A DNA stretch of 62,147 nt, filler included, from Dicyema japonicum (Eukaryota > Animalia > Dicyemida), in assembly GCA_011109175.1 (NCBI GenBank). It is 7 parts of 7 records of this genome, joined end to end, with 100 filler letters (N's around TTAATTAATTAA, not from the genome) between each part and the next. Parts side by side here need not be neighbours in the genome. Positions count along the whole stretch, not along the records: positions 45,562 to 49,901 come from RDEW01000002.1; positions 50,002 to 62,147 come from RDEW01000226.1; 5 more parts are not named here. One strand, 5' to 3'. Positions 47,466-60,059 of the stretch are shown piece after piece. A program made the translations under genes and the position numbers. The number at the start of each line of letters is the position of its first letter. The stretch's first letter is position 1. The notes under the pieces were generated by a model. The model saw only the letters and a list, made by a program, of their open reading frames with translations, made no database searches and was not told the origin of the DNA.

Positions 47466-48103
47466 NNNNNNNNNNNNNNNNNNNNNNNNNNNNNNNNNNN
47501 NNNNNNNNNNNNNNNNNNNNNNNNNNNNNNNNNNNNNNNNNNNNNNNNNNNNNNNNNNNNNNNNNNNNNNNNNNNNNNNNNNNNNNNNNNNNNNNNNNNN
47601 NNNNNNNNNNNNNNNNNNNNNNNNNNNNNNNNNNNNNNNNNNNNNNNNNNNNNNNNNNNNNNNNNNNNNNNNNNNNNNNNNNNNNNNNNNNNNNNNNNNN
47701 NNNNNNNNNNNNNNNNNNNNNNNNNNNNNNNNNNNNNNNNNNNNNNNNNNNNNNNNNNNNNNNNNNNNNNNNNNNNNNNNNNNNNNNNNNNNNNNNNNNN
47801 NNNNNNNNNNNNNNNNNNNNNNNNNNNNNNNNNNNNNNNNNNNNNNNNNNNNNNNNNNNNNNNNNNNNNNNNNNNNNNNNNNNNNNNNNNNNNNNNNNNN
47901 NNNNNNNNNNNNNNNNNNNNNNNNNNNNNNNNNNNNNNNNNNNNNNNNNNNNNNNNNNNNNNNNNNNNNNNNNNNNNNNNNNNNNNNNNNNNNNNNNNNN
48001 NNNNNNNNTTTTCACGAGAGCCATAGTATTTATAGCTCCGCATAGACACACATTTTATTTAAGTAAAGAACAGTTAATTTTAACTAATCGTAGAACCAAG
48101 AAA

Positions 48104-48191
48104 TGACTTCTTTTTTTTTCTTGTGTGAGTGTCCTTTCTAGACAATCCAGTTCCGCAGTGAGTATCCACTGATGACGGCGTCACTCGTCAA
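48104..48191. ncRNA. Uninterrupted copy of an unidentified ~88-bp structured element (candidate small RNA, SINE or MITE)
   Basis: Left part matches 9209-9258 and right part matches 13283-13330. It contains three short hairpins and TGAC...GTCA termini. Confidence 0.45.
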
Positions 48192-48599
48192 AACCCTTTC
48201 TGCATCGTAGATGCGTGGCACCTTCAAAAGGTATGATACGACATATAAAAAATCAACACATGGGCCATTTTATTATCCGTTATTTTTTGGGACATTTTTT
48301 GAGATTAAATTTATATTTTTTTTAACTTTTAAATATACAAAAGAAAAGTTAATTTATTATAAGACCTGGGCTTATTTTCGAAAATGTCGGTGATAAGCAT
48401 GGAATAACAAATGTTTGATAATTCAGTGATCCTGCTAGCAACAATGTTTGGTGATAAACTAAGACCTTCAAAAAGAATCTTTTTCTCGGGATAAATTATT
48501 TCACTGACTTTTAAATGACTGTCTTTAATAAAATTTACATCTGTAAATGGTTTGACGACTTTCTAATCATTTGACTTATTCGTTGATTTAATAAGAGGA

Positions 48600-49100
48600 T
48601 TTGGTCAAAATCCAGTACTCGGTTCTAGTGTTTTGGGTCCCACCCCAAACCCACTCACAAACAAAGCAGTCCGGATATCAGACAACTTTATGTAATATAA
48701 AAAGAGCTCAGACTCTAATCCGAAAATACAAGTGCACCGGAAAAAATCAACGAGCTCCACCCAGAGAGGCAGAGTCCTAACAAAAATCATACAAATAGAA
48801 AAATTACTTGCCAGAAGTGAAGCAGAAAATCAAATTTCCGAAATAACGAAATATAAAGACGGACCAAAGATGTTTAATGCCATTCACCTCCTCAACAGAA
48901 GGAGGAGTTCGGGCCCAATCACTGTCCATGATAGCCTCGGCCGTACGGTCATTGGGGACGTAAATAAAACTAATATCATCACACTTTGATCTTCTATTCA
49001 AAATGCACAGTGAAACTGACTACTCGGTGAAATCATTGAAACCTGACAAATCCACTCTATTGCACCCAAATAAGTGGAAAAAAGAATAAAGCTTTTCGTA
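48600..49100 (+). mobile_element. LINE linker region between APE and RT (RTE-like), degenerate
   Basis: EAENQISEITKYKDGPKMFNAIHLLNRR...TVHD; similar in character to 14655-15074. Confidence 0.45.
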
Positions 49101-49169
49101 TCAGACTAACGTTTAACCTATATTTATATTTACTTAAATTAATATTATCATTAAAAGCACTTCCGAGAA

Positions 49170-49900
49170 ATCATAAAGTTAATTAAGTCTCCCTTGTGCC
49201 GTATTCCGAATCATACTCTCCGTCAGCCTCGACCATAATCTTCTGTTGCGCGCTAGTTCTTTTAGGTAGTCCAGGTCGTCCGCCCAAGTTAGTCTCAAAC
49301 CAGCCACCGATAGGTCTTCATTCAAGATAGTCGAAAGTTTAGTTCTTGTTTTCCACGGATTCCGGATCCTATTTGTGACAAGTAGTTGTCCATTGCGACA
49401 TTTGCAAGGACCTGATCATTTAGACGTAACACGTGGCCAAAGAGGCTTTATCTTGATTTGAAAATACATCTGACAGCACGCCGGATTTTCATTTATTATT
49501 TAGGTTTGCAGTAGAGATCTTCATAGACCATTGATCTTGATTTGATCTGAGCTCTGGAGGAAGAGTCAAAACGAATATTTCCCGTTTAGGGATTCTCCAA
49601 GTCCCGAAGTTGTAGGTAAGTACCAGATGACAAAAGCTTTGTATATTCTATGCCTGGTATTTAGTCCTATCCTCTTCTTGTGGCTCCATATTAACAATAT
49701 TTTTTCAGTGCACTCATAGCAAGGATCTTCCTACGAGTAACACCTTCAGAGTCTCCTAGAAGCGAACCAACCTTCTCCATGACTCGTCCGATCTCCGATA
49801 GTACGTGTAAGCGTTGTAAACTCCGTTTTGTCGGAATTTACGGATAATAACCATTTCGAAAATATAAGTGGGAGTACGTTGAGCATGAAGTGTTTGAGTA
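49170..49900 (-). mobile_element. RTE-like LINE 3' fragment, family B
   Basis: 49186-49290 is about 80% identical by eye to 21575-21670. LFGHVLRL-like residues lie upstream. Confidence 0.8.
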
Positions 49901-50001
49901 TNNNNNNNNNNNNNNNNNNNNNNNNNNNNNNNNNNNNNNNNNNNNTTAATTAATTAANNNNNNNNNNNNNNNNNNNNNNNNNNNNNNNNNNNNNNNNNNN
50001 N

Positions 50002-50800
50002 ATGTGATCCCGACGAATTGGATCAAGGTCTCATCTTTTCTCGGTTTTGATCGCCAATTTTCTATAGATCTGTTAGGCATTTCAGAAGGTTGATTTTCTG
50101 TTCACATTTGTTCAGCACGTTAGTGACATGTCTCGAAATTTCATGTGCGTATCGAAAGTCAGACCCAATATTTTTGCCATTTGCTGAACGGCAATCTCTT
50201 CCCTCCGCAGTAACTTTTATTCTCCTGTTCGACAATCTTTTGTCCGAGGTATAGAGAGTTGTAACAGATTTTCGGTATTGATTGACATCCGATTTTTATT
50301 AAACCACTCGAGAAGTCGATCTATGTGGTGTTGTATTCTTTCTGTCGCTGTTTGGATGTTCTGATCCTGTGAGGCTCGTCTGCATAAGCCTAGAAGCTGG
50401 TCGTCTTCTTCATTCGGCGTCGAATGTCAGCCGTAAACAGGTTGAATAGTAATGGTGATAGCGGCGAGCCCTAGGGTACTCTATTTGGGAATAAACGGGA
50501 GACAGAATGAATGTTTCCAATGCACACTATACCTCTTCGTCCGCTAAGGAAGTTCATCAGCCAGCGTTGAGGTTTTCAAAGATATCTGATTGGTAGATTT
50601 TCCATGTTAGGTTTTTCCTCGGTACAGATTCGAAAATTTTGTGGACGTCCAGTGAGCATAAGCACAGTTTTCTTGTGTCTTGGGCTTGCACTGAAATCCA
50701 AAGCGAATAAAGTTAGTCAGGGATGTGAGGAAGCTCGTTGTGGACCGATCCTTTTTTGAAACCATGCTGGAATGGTTTATCGGGAGTCCTTTCAGTGATT
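50002..50800 (-). mobile_element. Degenerate Jockey/CR1-like RT
   Basis: KDRSTTSFLTSL, GVP*GSPLSPLLFNLFTADI and AYADE. Confidence 0.8.
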
Positions 50801-51399
50801 TTTGCAATGATAAGCTTTTCCAGAATTTTTTGAGAACTCGGTTGTCTCGCTCACAAATAGATATTTGGATTATACATGAGCACACGCATTACCATTAGAA
50901 AAAACTTTTTCTACGTTATATTTGGCGAAATTATTTTACGGAGGGATCTTAGGGGTTAAAATTAAGTCTGTTAGACCAGCCAATCCTATAATCAGGCCAA
51001 GAATTACTCAAAAGCACTTAACCCTTGGAATCACCCTACATGGGGTGACTAGGCTGTTAAAAAATACGGATCATGTGATATGTAAACATTTTGGGAGAAG
51101 TATATTTGTATTGTCTCCACCATATTTTAACTTTCTCGGATGGTTTTGACTTCCAGAATCACAGTTGTGGGAACCCCTCCAGAAATAACCAGTGGAGTGG
51201 TAGAGAGCAAATTATATTGTCCTCGGTCGCTTCTTGAAGACATTCCAGCTAGCTTCACATATTTAATATCAATTTTATATGAATTTATTTTTTGGATAGT
51301 TATATGCTGTAAAATTATTATAACAAGGACTTTAGGCACTCTAAATTGATTTTTGTCTGAGGTTGTGACGTCACCTTAAATCAGAGAGTCGACACTATG

Positions 51400-52430
51400 G
51401 ACAAGGTTTAGCAGTCCACAAACGATAGACCAACTCGATCCAAAAGTGGTGGATTGTCAGTGACAAGATATCAGTATTGCGGTTAATGACCGGAAAAACG
51501 TTTCCAATGATTATTAACATATATGCACTGACAGTTGACATAACATTAAATGTCCTGAAGAAATTGAAAATTTTTACTGGAATATTGCTGTGGTGATTGA
51601 AGATATACGTGATGCAACCTCACTTTCCTTTCAGGCAATTGGAATTAAAGTGGGAACTATTAGTAGAGATGAAAAATCATTGGAGCTAATAGCAGAAGAA
51701 TTAAGAACCTTAATGATGCTGTTCTGGTTGACTTTTGCTAAGCATCTGAGCACGGTCATGGTTGCATGAATCCTCCGAAAGCCACCATCAGTTTGTTTAT
51801 ATGACACAAAAATTGATATTTTATCGAGAACAAAAAAAATATAATACTATGCATAGAGAATACGAAACATATAGAAAAGACAAAAATATAAAGAAAACTC
51901 CATTTTACGGGATGTAAAGACGAGGGTACGATTACCTCATGAAAGTACACCTGAACAGTATGTCAAAAAGGTCGAACACCTCAACTATGGCCCAAAAAGT
52001 TCAGAGCAATCTGACTGCTAAATTGGATGAACAGACCTAAAGGATTCTAAATGATGACAATGGAACGGAAATGTTAGAAAAAACAGAGATGGCGGGAAAA
52101 ATAACCGAATCCCTTTTCAAAAATGATGACAAGGATGTACATCAGTTTGTGGAGATCCGAGATGTTTAAACATCACAATAACTCTAACTGAGTTACAAAC
52201 GGTTTTGCAAAAACTGACAACGGAAAAAGTCCGGGTATTGACGGTATAAACGCAGAAATTCTAAAATACTCACCCCCTCACTCACTCATCTGGTATGCAA
52301 CATATTAAACGACATTTTCACTACCCATATGGGAGTTCGACTTGACAAGGAGTCTTTATTCCTATCCTAAAACCTGGGAGGTCAGTTGTACCAGCTGAAA
52401 ATTTAAGACCCACAATTCTTCTGACTATAC
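51400..52430 (+). mobile_element. Degenerate RTE-like LINE (APE + start of RT)
   Basis: IINIYAL (APE) and PGIDGINAEILK (RT domain 0). Confidence 0.6.
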
Positions 52431-54261
52431 GGTAATTACTGTCCCTAAGTGTTCTTGATGGAATATCACATACTGTAGACGAGTTCTTGTCGTGGGGTAA
52501 GTGGATTCAGAAGAGGGAAGTCTACGGCGGATATCGTGTGGACACATAGATCGATGTGCACCATGACCAAAATATTCAAAAAGGCGTTTATATTCTGGAG
52601 ATTGATTTATCAAGAGTTTCTTAGAGGAAAGCTCATGTGACCACTAGAAAAGTGACATACACGACGAAAACGGAAGAGGACTGACTGTGCAAAACATACT
52701 TAACAGTCAGTGCGACGAAAATAGAAGAAAGTCGACCTAATTCTTTATCTCAGAAAATATCCTGGCGAATTTTCTAACAACGGCTTTTTATTGAATCTTT
52801 TGTCTAAGAAAAACTTCAAACTAACAAGTTTATCATTTTTATTAATATTTCAAAGTTTCCACTGTAAAGAAAATCTTATTTCATCATTCCATCTACCGAC
52901 TCTAAGATCAACAAGGACACTACTGCTTAGTTAAATATGATTTTCCTTGACTCAATGATCCAAAGGGTCACCAAGTGTTCACGCAAGACCAGATGCTTTG
53001 TGAGCGTACATCGATAGCTGTCGTCAGAGNNNNNNNNNNNNNNNNNNNNNNNNNNNNNNNNNNNNNNNNNNNNNNNNNNNNNNNNNNNNNNNNNNNNNNN
53101 NNNNNNNNNNNNNNNNNNNNNNNNNNNNNNNNNNNNNNNNNNNNNNNNNNNNNNNNNNNNNNNNNNNNNNNNNNNNNNNNNNNNNNNNNNNNNNNNNNNN
53201 NNNNNNNNNNNNNNNNNNNNNNNNNNNNNNNNNNNNNNNNNNNNNNNNNNNNNNNNNNNNNNNNNNNNNNNNNNNNNNNNNNNNNNNNNNNNNNNNNNNN
53301 NNNNNNNNNNNNNNNNNNNNNNNNNNNNNNNNNNNNNNNNNNNNNNNNNNNNNNNNNNNNNNNNNNNNNNNNNNNNNNNNNNNNNNNNNNNNNNNNNNNN
53401 NNNNNNNNNNNNNNNNNNNNNNNNNNNNNNNNNNNNNNNNNNNNNNNNNNNNNNNNNNNNNNNNNNNNNNNNNNNNNNNNNNNNNNNNNNNNNNNNNNNN
53501 NNNNNNNNNNNNNNNNNNNNNNNNNNNNNNNNNNNNNNNNNNNNNNNNNNNNNNNATTTGATCCACATTGAGGTAAAAAACCAGAAATAAGTGGGAGAAA
53601 TAGAAAATAATTAATTCGAATTTTAAGAATAAACACAAAAATACAATTTTCTGTATCCTTGGGGAATTCTCAAGTTTCTTACTGTGAAATATTTTACCAG
53701 ATATTAGATAAAAGACATTAAAATACCTAGAAATTCTCAAAAGTGATACAGTATTAAAAAAACAAGAATACGGCCAATATTCTTCTGATTTCACAATCTA
53801 AAATAATATTTCATTTGCCAATCGGGAGCTATTGAATTTTAGATTCAGAAAAAATGGCTTCAATCATAAGTTTAGTCCAGATATTGGTAATTATTACAAC
53901 TACTAAAAACAGATAAATGTGTACTCTTATTTCATCCAATCATTCAGATGTCACGACAAAGAAATTTCAATCAACCAAGGTGCCTAATAGCGAAGAAGGA
54001 TCTACCAGGTGTCCATATCAACAAGAATGTTTGAGACCTAGGAAATTTGTTTATAAGACTAGAATTTATATTTTGAATTAAAAACAGTTTATTCTGTTAA
54101 TCGAGTGAATTTTTGAGATCCACAGAACCAGTTTAAAGTCAACACATTATTTTTTAATAGTGTAAAATTTACCATCTATATCATATTTTTTATGGATCAT
54201 CTCTTTTTTATATGTACCACGACACAAGAATTTATTCTTAAAGACAATATGGACAGTATAA

Positions 54262-56820
54262 CTATTTTTCTAAACAAAAAGGGCATGTTCTTGCGTTCTG
54301 CAGTCGCAGAAATTCATACTCCTCAGTATTAAAAAACTAAAATAACACAATAATCAAACTCGCCAACATCTCTCACATACACTCACTGCCACTTGATCGA
54401 TCATACATCGATACAAAGTCCATTTCAAAGGGAATGGATTCCTGACAACAATCACGTCAGAAATATGGAGACTTCGTAAAACATCAACCCCCACTGTAAA
54501 TTTGTCACCATTCGAAATGTTCTAAAAAGAAATTCTAAACCAACCCCTTGGAAATGTAGGAGTGCACTTGAAAAGGGGTCCTTCTCTGTTTGTTCTTCGA
54601 TGATAAGTTTTTCTTCAAAAAATATTTAAAAAACAAACCTTCGTGACCATTGGTGGGGGCCGGTTTGAAGTTACTTTTAAGAAGTTTTATGAGCTCCTCG
54701 TTACTGATATCCTCACTGGGGACAAATTCCACGAGAGGGAGAGCATCTGAGCTTATTTACTTGAATAAATACCAAAATTATCAAAAGCATAAACGAAGCG
54801 ATATCCGCAAGAAACACAGACAGATTGGTCATTACATAAAATTGGATTTGTCGTGAGGCAAGTGAAACAGTTTATGAGGACGTCATTTTCGTCGGTGAGG
54901 GGAGCAGCGGAGACAGTAAAAAGTGTCCCCATTATTTCTTTTTCTAGTTCGGGCGGCAAATTCATATTCAACAGTTGTTTGCAACAAAATCTCGACAAGT
55001 TATATGTTCCCAATTCAAGTCCAGTTTTTGCCATTATCGACAATAAAATACTTTTTTATAAATATATTTATATTTGTAATAAATAAAAAATACATTTTGG
55101 ATATTCTGGCGGTTGTGGGCATTCTCTCTAATGCGTTATAAACATATCTTGCTCTGTTAAATAATTCAGTTGGCGAACATTGTAATGACGGATTAACCTG
55201 AAATCAGAAAATCAACATTACTTACATCATTAAAGGCCAAGGGAATATAAGCGTAGAGAACATTGGCCATCTCCTTATATTCCTCATATTTTTTCAAAAT
55301 TGCATTATTATCAGTATATTCTTTATTCTGTCGTGAAATGGCTTTAATAATATCCTCAGACATTTTATGGCAGAACAGCGAAGCCTTATCATAGTTCCCC
55401 AACTCGCACTGCACCGAAACATAATCTGAAGATAAACTGAAGGCATCCTCGAACATTTCTGCTTCAAAAAATGCTTTAAATTAAGTCAGGGGACCAACAG
55501 TGGACTGCCTGCTCATATTTTCCAGTCTTTGTCAGAAACGAGGCGTGGCTCTTGTAAATATATTTTTTATGTTCTGGGAATTTGTCGCCCAGGACGAACG
55601 CCTTAAACATTAACGTGACCTGTAAAACGTTATTCCACAGTTTCCCTTCAATGCAGGCCATCACAGCCTTTTCGGTCAATTCAGCCTTAATAAAAACATC
55701 AGCTGAGTGACGGAACTGTTCTAATTGGAGTAAATAGTGTCCACACAGTGTGAGGGGTTGAGTGTCCTCGGGGTCCAAATCCCTCCCAAGTTGAACTAAC
55801 CTGAGAATAGTACTTTTAAGGGGTACATGTCCTTCCAGGAGTGTTCTCCAGCAATTTTAATGGCTTCTTCGTAGTTGTTAGCAGCTTGATACAACTCTAC
55901 GGAAAGACGGGCGTTTCCTGTCACACGTGCATGTCTGGCCTCCCTTCCGGCAATGATTTTAGTTTGGGTAGAGTCAGTAGCCAGCAACTGAGATGATTAG
56001 TGAGACTTACACGAGCTTTCTGAAACATTCCAACGTCCAAATAGATTTGTAGAGCCATTTGTTTTAGCCCCGCTTGTTCATACAGTCTGGCTGCCTCGTC
56101 AAAGTTGCCCTGATAGGCCATTATTTCAGCCAGGACTGAACTATCGTTGGTTTTCCCCTAAAAATAAGGAGACTGAAATGACTTTAATAGAATGTATCAA
56201 TTCAAGGTAGAGGGTGTCTTCCAATTGAACGAATAATAGTCTTGCCAAGTCAAATTGGAGTTCTCTCATGAAGGCCAGTGCCAGACTGCGCCTGTCACAC
56301 TCAGGAATGCCAATGCAGGCAGTTTCGTAAGCAGTTCTGTCGTTACATTGAGAATGGCACCTGTACTGTTTTTGTTCGAACATATAAAAGACCGCGTCTG
56401 TCAACGGAATTTGTTTGGACTCCAACTCGACAGGAGTTTGGATATACAAGGTGCACCCAATAAATCCAGAAATGACCGAGTCGTCCTAAATTCGACAAAT
56501 CCGCCAAACATTGATCTCTTGATGACAGACCTGCCTTCCGTCGACTAGTACGTACAAGTCCTGTTCTGTCGAATAAGCCAGCATGTTCCGGCAGGTCAAA
56601 TGCCATTTCATGCTCATTGCACATTTATCCTAACATTGTGCAAGGAACATAACGAGACTGAAATATAATATCCTCGCTGTCCAGATTATTACTGTTAGAG
56701 TCTTTCTCTATTTATGAGGGCCAGTCGATCACGGTGACTGTTCAGTTCTCCTGCTATTACAGGCAGTAGTTGGTCTTCCACAGGAACCAGAATTGTAGAT
56801 TAGTTACTAAATCATTAATA
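54262..56820 (-). CDS. IFT122: Intraflagellar transport protein 122, 3' part only (end of second WD40 propeller, TPR region, C-terminal Zn ribbons)
   Basis: YETACIGIPECDRRSLA, LYLELIHSI, MAYQGNFDEAARLY, AFVLGDKFPEHK, CFTCLTTNPIL...CVSC, KDPFSSAL and CPFCLEK*; collinear with recalled animal IFT122. No N-terminal exons were found upstream. Confidence 0.9.
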
Positions 56821-56888
56821 TCATATTTAATAAAATATTTTAATATTTGTGTTTTGACGTGAGATTAAAGTTATGCTATCCTGTAGGC

Positions 56889-57308
56889 CAGCGTTTCTCA
56901 ACCTTTTTTTAATGGGGACCCCCTAGTATCGATTTTATCTTAATCAAGAAAATAAAAATTTATAATGTAATTAAACTGCCTAATGGGACTTTTGTTCTTG
57001 CATTTTAGAGATTAAAATATCAATGTTCGGCTTTGTCTCAGATAGAGCAATATGCAAATCATCTTCTACTTTAAGACGATTTCGATACTTTGACTTTAAA
57101 TATGCAAGATGTGACATTGCCGTTTCACACAGATATGTTGTGTGAAATGGAATTAACTTCTCTTATCCGACATTAAAAAACGTGATTAAAGTCTACAGAA
57201 AATTTATTTTTTATATTTAGAGCATCTTTATGAAAGAGAAACAAAGACTACATTAAAAAAAATAGATTGCAAAATATAAAATTCTGGGGACCCCGTTGAG
57301 AAACGCTG
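56889..57308 (-). mobile_element. Internally deleted Buster/Charlie-type hAT element with perfect TIRs and TSD
   Basis: 14-bp TIR CAGCGTTTCTCAAC / GTTGAGAAACGCTG. 8-bp TSD CTGTAGGC at 56881-56888 and 57309-57316. Internal peptide PFHTTYLCETAMSHLAYLKSKYRNRLKVEDDLHIALS. Confidence 0.95.
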
Positions 57309-57316
57309 CTGTAGGC

Positions 57317-57957
57317 CCTATCGGAAATCAAAATGGATTTATTGCATTTGTCGGAAATATGTTCATTTCCTAACATTGAAGATGAATTCACAAAACAACT
57401 TGCCGATAAAAATTTTATCTCAATGAATTTGCAATGGTACTAGAAAATATATTTAACGAGTTTAAACACAGATTCTGCGATTTCAAGAAAATTAAAATAT
57501 TATGCAGTTTCTTTGCTTATCCGTTCATGGAGAATTACGTGGAAAATGTTTCAGAAGAATTTAGAAAAGAGTTTTGACGTTGAACCAAGAAAAATTGAAA
57601 TAGAAATTACAAATCTAAAAATGACCTCATTTTAAAATCATATTCAAATGTCAACATGTGGAGATTTATGTTTTCAGGAAAATATCCAATTTTGATTGAT
57701 TCGTATCAACGAATTCTTTCATGCTTTGGAAGCACATATTTATCCGAGACATCATTTTCAAGCGGAGATTGCATGAGAATAGCAATAAGCTCATACGAGC
57801 CAGAATTCGAAATAATCGCAAGAGAATTACAATGCCAAAAAATCCCATTAAATTTTAATTATAAAATAAAAATTTTGTTATTAAAATATATAAGTCGATC
57901 GCCAAAAAATCGCAATATGAAAAGTAGCTCGCCGGTGAAAAAGGTTGGCCACCCCTG
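57317..57957 (+). mobile_element. Older hAT (GTF2IRD2/SPIN-like) transposase 3' remnant with right TIR
   Basis: RFCDFKK, YPILIDSYQRILSCFGSTYLSETSFS and IAISSYEPEF..IARELQCQK. The terminus is GGTTGGCCACCCCTG followed by CTCTAGGG. Confidence 0.85.
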
Positions 57958-58149
57958 CTCTAGGGATATTCTTTTGACTAGATGTTGCCTTTATCGCTGA
58001 TAATACGAGTGGTTAACCACTTCATAAACAAGTTTCTGAGTCATTTATAAACATAAACAGCGTTTTTTCGTTTTGTTGATATAATAAATTTTTTTTTTTT
58101 AAAGAACGAAACATTTATTCGAAATTAACAGGACAACACAGTGCAAAAA

Positions 58150-58545
58150 TTATTTTTTTGAACTGTCGGCGCATAAGATGGCCTAGCAGTTTCCCCGGAT
58201 GATTGTTAACGAAACTCTTTGGAAAAGATGACGAGTCTCGTTAGGATTCTTATTGTGCTTGACAATCTACGTCCCCAGTTGACGAAGGAAAGAAAGCGAT
58301 TTCGGGCCAATGAACCCAGATGTCTCCACAGCTACTGACGCGATAGTGTAATCTCCGGCCAGGAACGAGTATTTCCTCTTCTTAGTGGCCTCCGCGTGTC
58401 TAGCCGCCGAGCCAGGCTCAGCAACTGACGAGATCAGGTTATGGCCTGAGAATAAGTCGGAGCATGTCGCGTCCCAGATAAAGCATTTCCCGTGATCGAA
58501 GGGAAATGTTGTCATGCCATCTGGGCGCTTTCCATCTCCGGAATT
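58150..58545 (-). mobile_element. CRE-clade LINE 3' fragment
   Basis: [37 protein letters not shown] and VAVETSGFIGP. Confidence 0.9.
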
Positions 58546-58549
58546 TTTT

Positions 58550-58865
58550 TAATAAAAACCTCAGCATTAAACTTATTTTCCCCAATTTTACTCTTACAAT
58601 TTTCCACTAGATATTTTCTGATAAACTTTATTAATTGAAGAATGAAAGACAACTCATGGGCCGGGCTACAGCGTCCGTGTGCTCGACAGGTTTCATTGAT
58701 GTCTCGTGGTGGCTACTTTCTCCACTCAGTCGCTCATTGATTTCCCCAACATTTATTGCAATACTTTCTACATGATCGGCCGCCGTAGTTGAGAGTTTGT
58801 ATTCCGGACGCATGTCTTTNAATAGTATTCTATACAAACACTCAGGGCTTTGTCACGTCTTATCA
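58550..58865 (-). CDS. Histone-fold-like fragment (H2B-like, or SOS N-terminal histone domain-like); frame not fully resolved
   Basis: LYRILXKDMRPEYKLSTTAADHVES...ERLSGESS resembles H2B IYKVLKQVHPDTGISSKA...ERIAGEAS. No start codon was found, and the sequence abuts a CRE insertion. Confidence 0.4.
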
Positions 58866-59043
58866 AAGTTGACTTAAATCACTATCTTAGAACGAAAAAG
58901 AAAATTATATATTTAAAATATTTGTCATTGACTCAATTGGGAAGTTCGAGAAATTTTTGGATATCCTCACCTGCGAAAATACTAAAAAACATTTATCCAA
59001 AGTCATTCGCAAGTTAACAAACTCCACAATAAAGTAATTTTAA

Positions 59044-59564
59044 CACTTATATGAAATAAGTGTTTCCTTCTCTACGAAAGGGGAATTTTCCTGCTCTGAT
59101 ATTCCCAATTCTTTGAATGTAAATAATTGCATCGGCTTGGTCAAAAAAATATACACAGACTTTTCTGCCTTCAACATCCAGTTCATAACGGCAATGGATG
59201 TTCTTGTGGGGAGATTGGATAAGTTAGAAGGTTTTGTTTCATTCGTCTGTAATTGTAGAGAGACAAACAAATTTTCTCTCATATTGTGACTTAAAAATAG
59301 AAAAGTGCAAGTTAGTACGCCCTTGCTATATTTAGATCTTTAGAAGAGAGAATGGTCAAATATATTGACGAAAGTGATTGCTATGGGTTACATTGTAGAA
59401 TTTGATCTGCTTAATAATAAAATCGACCGAATTGATCTCAGATTGGATACCAATTTCAGTTCGATAATAAATACTGATATTTAGCACGTCACGACGAGGA
59501 GTCAAATCAGGACAGTGTCATGTCTATAGACTTTATTGAGATTACTGATGAAGAAAATATCTAA
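59044..59564 (+). CDS. Small multi-exon coiled-coil protein (C-terminus weakly reminiscent of PAAT/C10orf88); 5' end unresolved
   Basis: Four micro-introns join AMDVLVGRLDKLEERQTNFLSYCDLKIEKC.SLEERMVKYIDEKFDLLNNKIDRIDLRLDTNFTRHDEESNQDSVMSIDFIEITDEENI* in one frame. Confidence 0.55.
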
Positions 59565-59594
59565 TAAATCAATATAGATAAGACTATTTAATTA

Positions 59595-59960
59595 TTTAAT
59601 AAAACCGTAAATGTATTTTTGATTTTTGAAGTCTTTGGGTATTAATGGTAAAATCCTCATGTATGATAATACAGTAAATTACATCAATTTATATTTGGTT
59701 CTAATAGACTTTTGAACTAATCCAGAGCTATCCTTTGAAAAATTGAAAGTTTTAACAAAGTTACAATGTTAACTTTCCGCGATTTGCTAATAATATCATT
59801 GATTTCTTGACTCACCCAATTGTTTTGATTTGAATAATCTCTAAAATATCCTTCGAGACTATTTTAAATATTCAACTAACTATTCCGTACTTATTTTGTT
59901 ATAGTGAGGAAGGCGTCTCCAAATGTAATAAACTATTTATCGTAAAATCTGGATCTTGGA
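59595..59960 (-). CDS. Possible 3' exons of an unidentified gene
   Basis: Short GT-AG introns join LEGYFRDYSNQNNWVSQEINDIISKSRKVNI, DSSGLVQKSIRTKYKL and ILPLIPKDFKNQKYIYGFIK*. The 5' end is not found. Confidence 0.3.
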
Positions 59961-60059
59961 AGAGTCAATAAATGATTAATTCAAAAAAATTGCCTATCAG
60001 CCCTAAATATTTTTAAAAGGGAACAGAACTTCACAATCACTATTTAAATCTGAACACTG

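Noticed and set aside
48160-48200. CTGATGA suggesting a hammerhead ribozyme, C/D box or SECIS
   Set aside because: There is no GAAA or stem III, and no matching helix. The homologous copy at 13308 reads CTGATAA, breaking the motif.
56640-59060. Calling IFT122 and neighbours pseudogenes on the basis of frameshifts
   Set aside because: The inferred lesions are mostly single-base shortenings of homopolymers clustered near ambiguous bases, consistent with uncorrected sequencing error.
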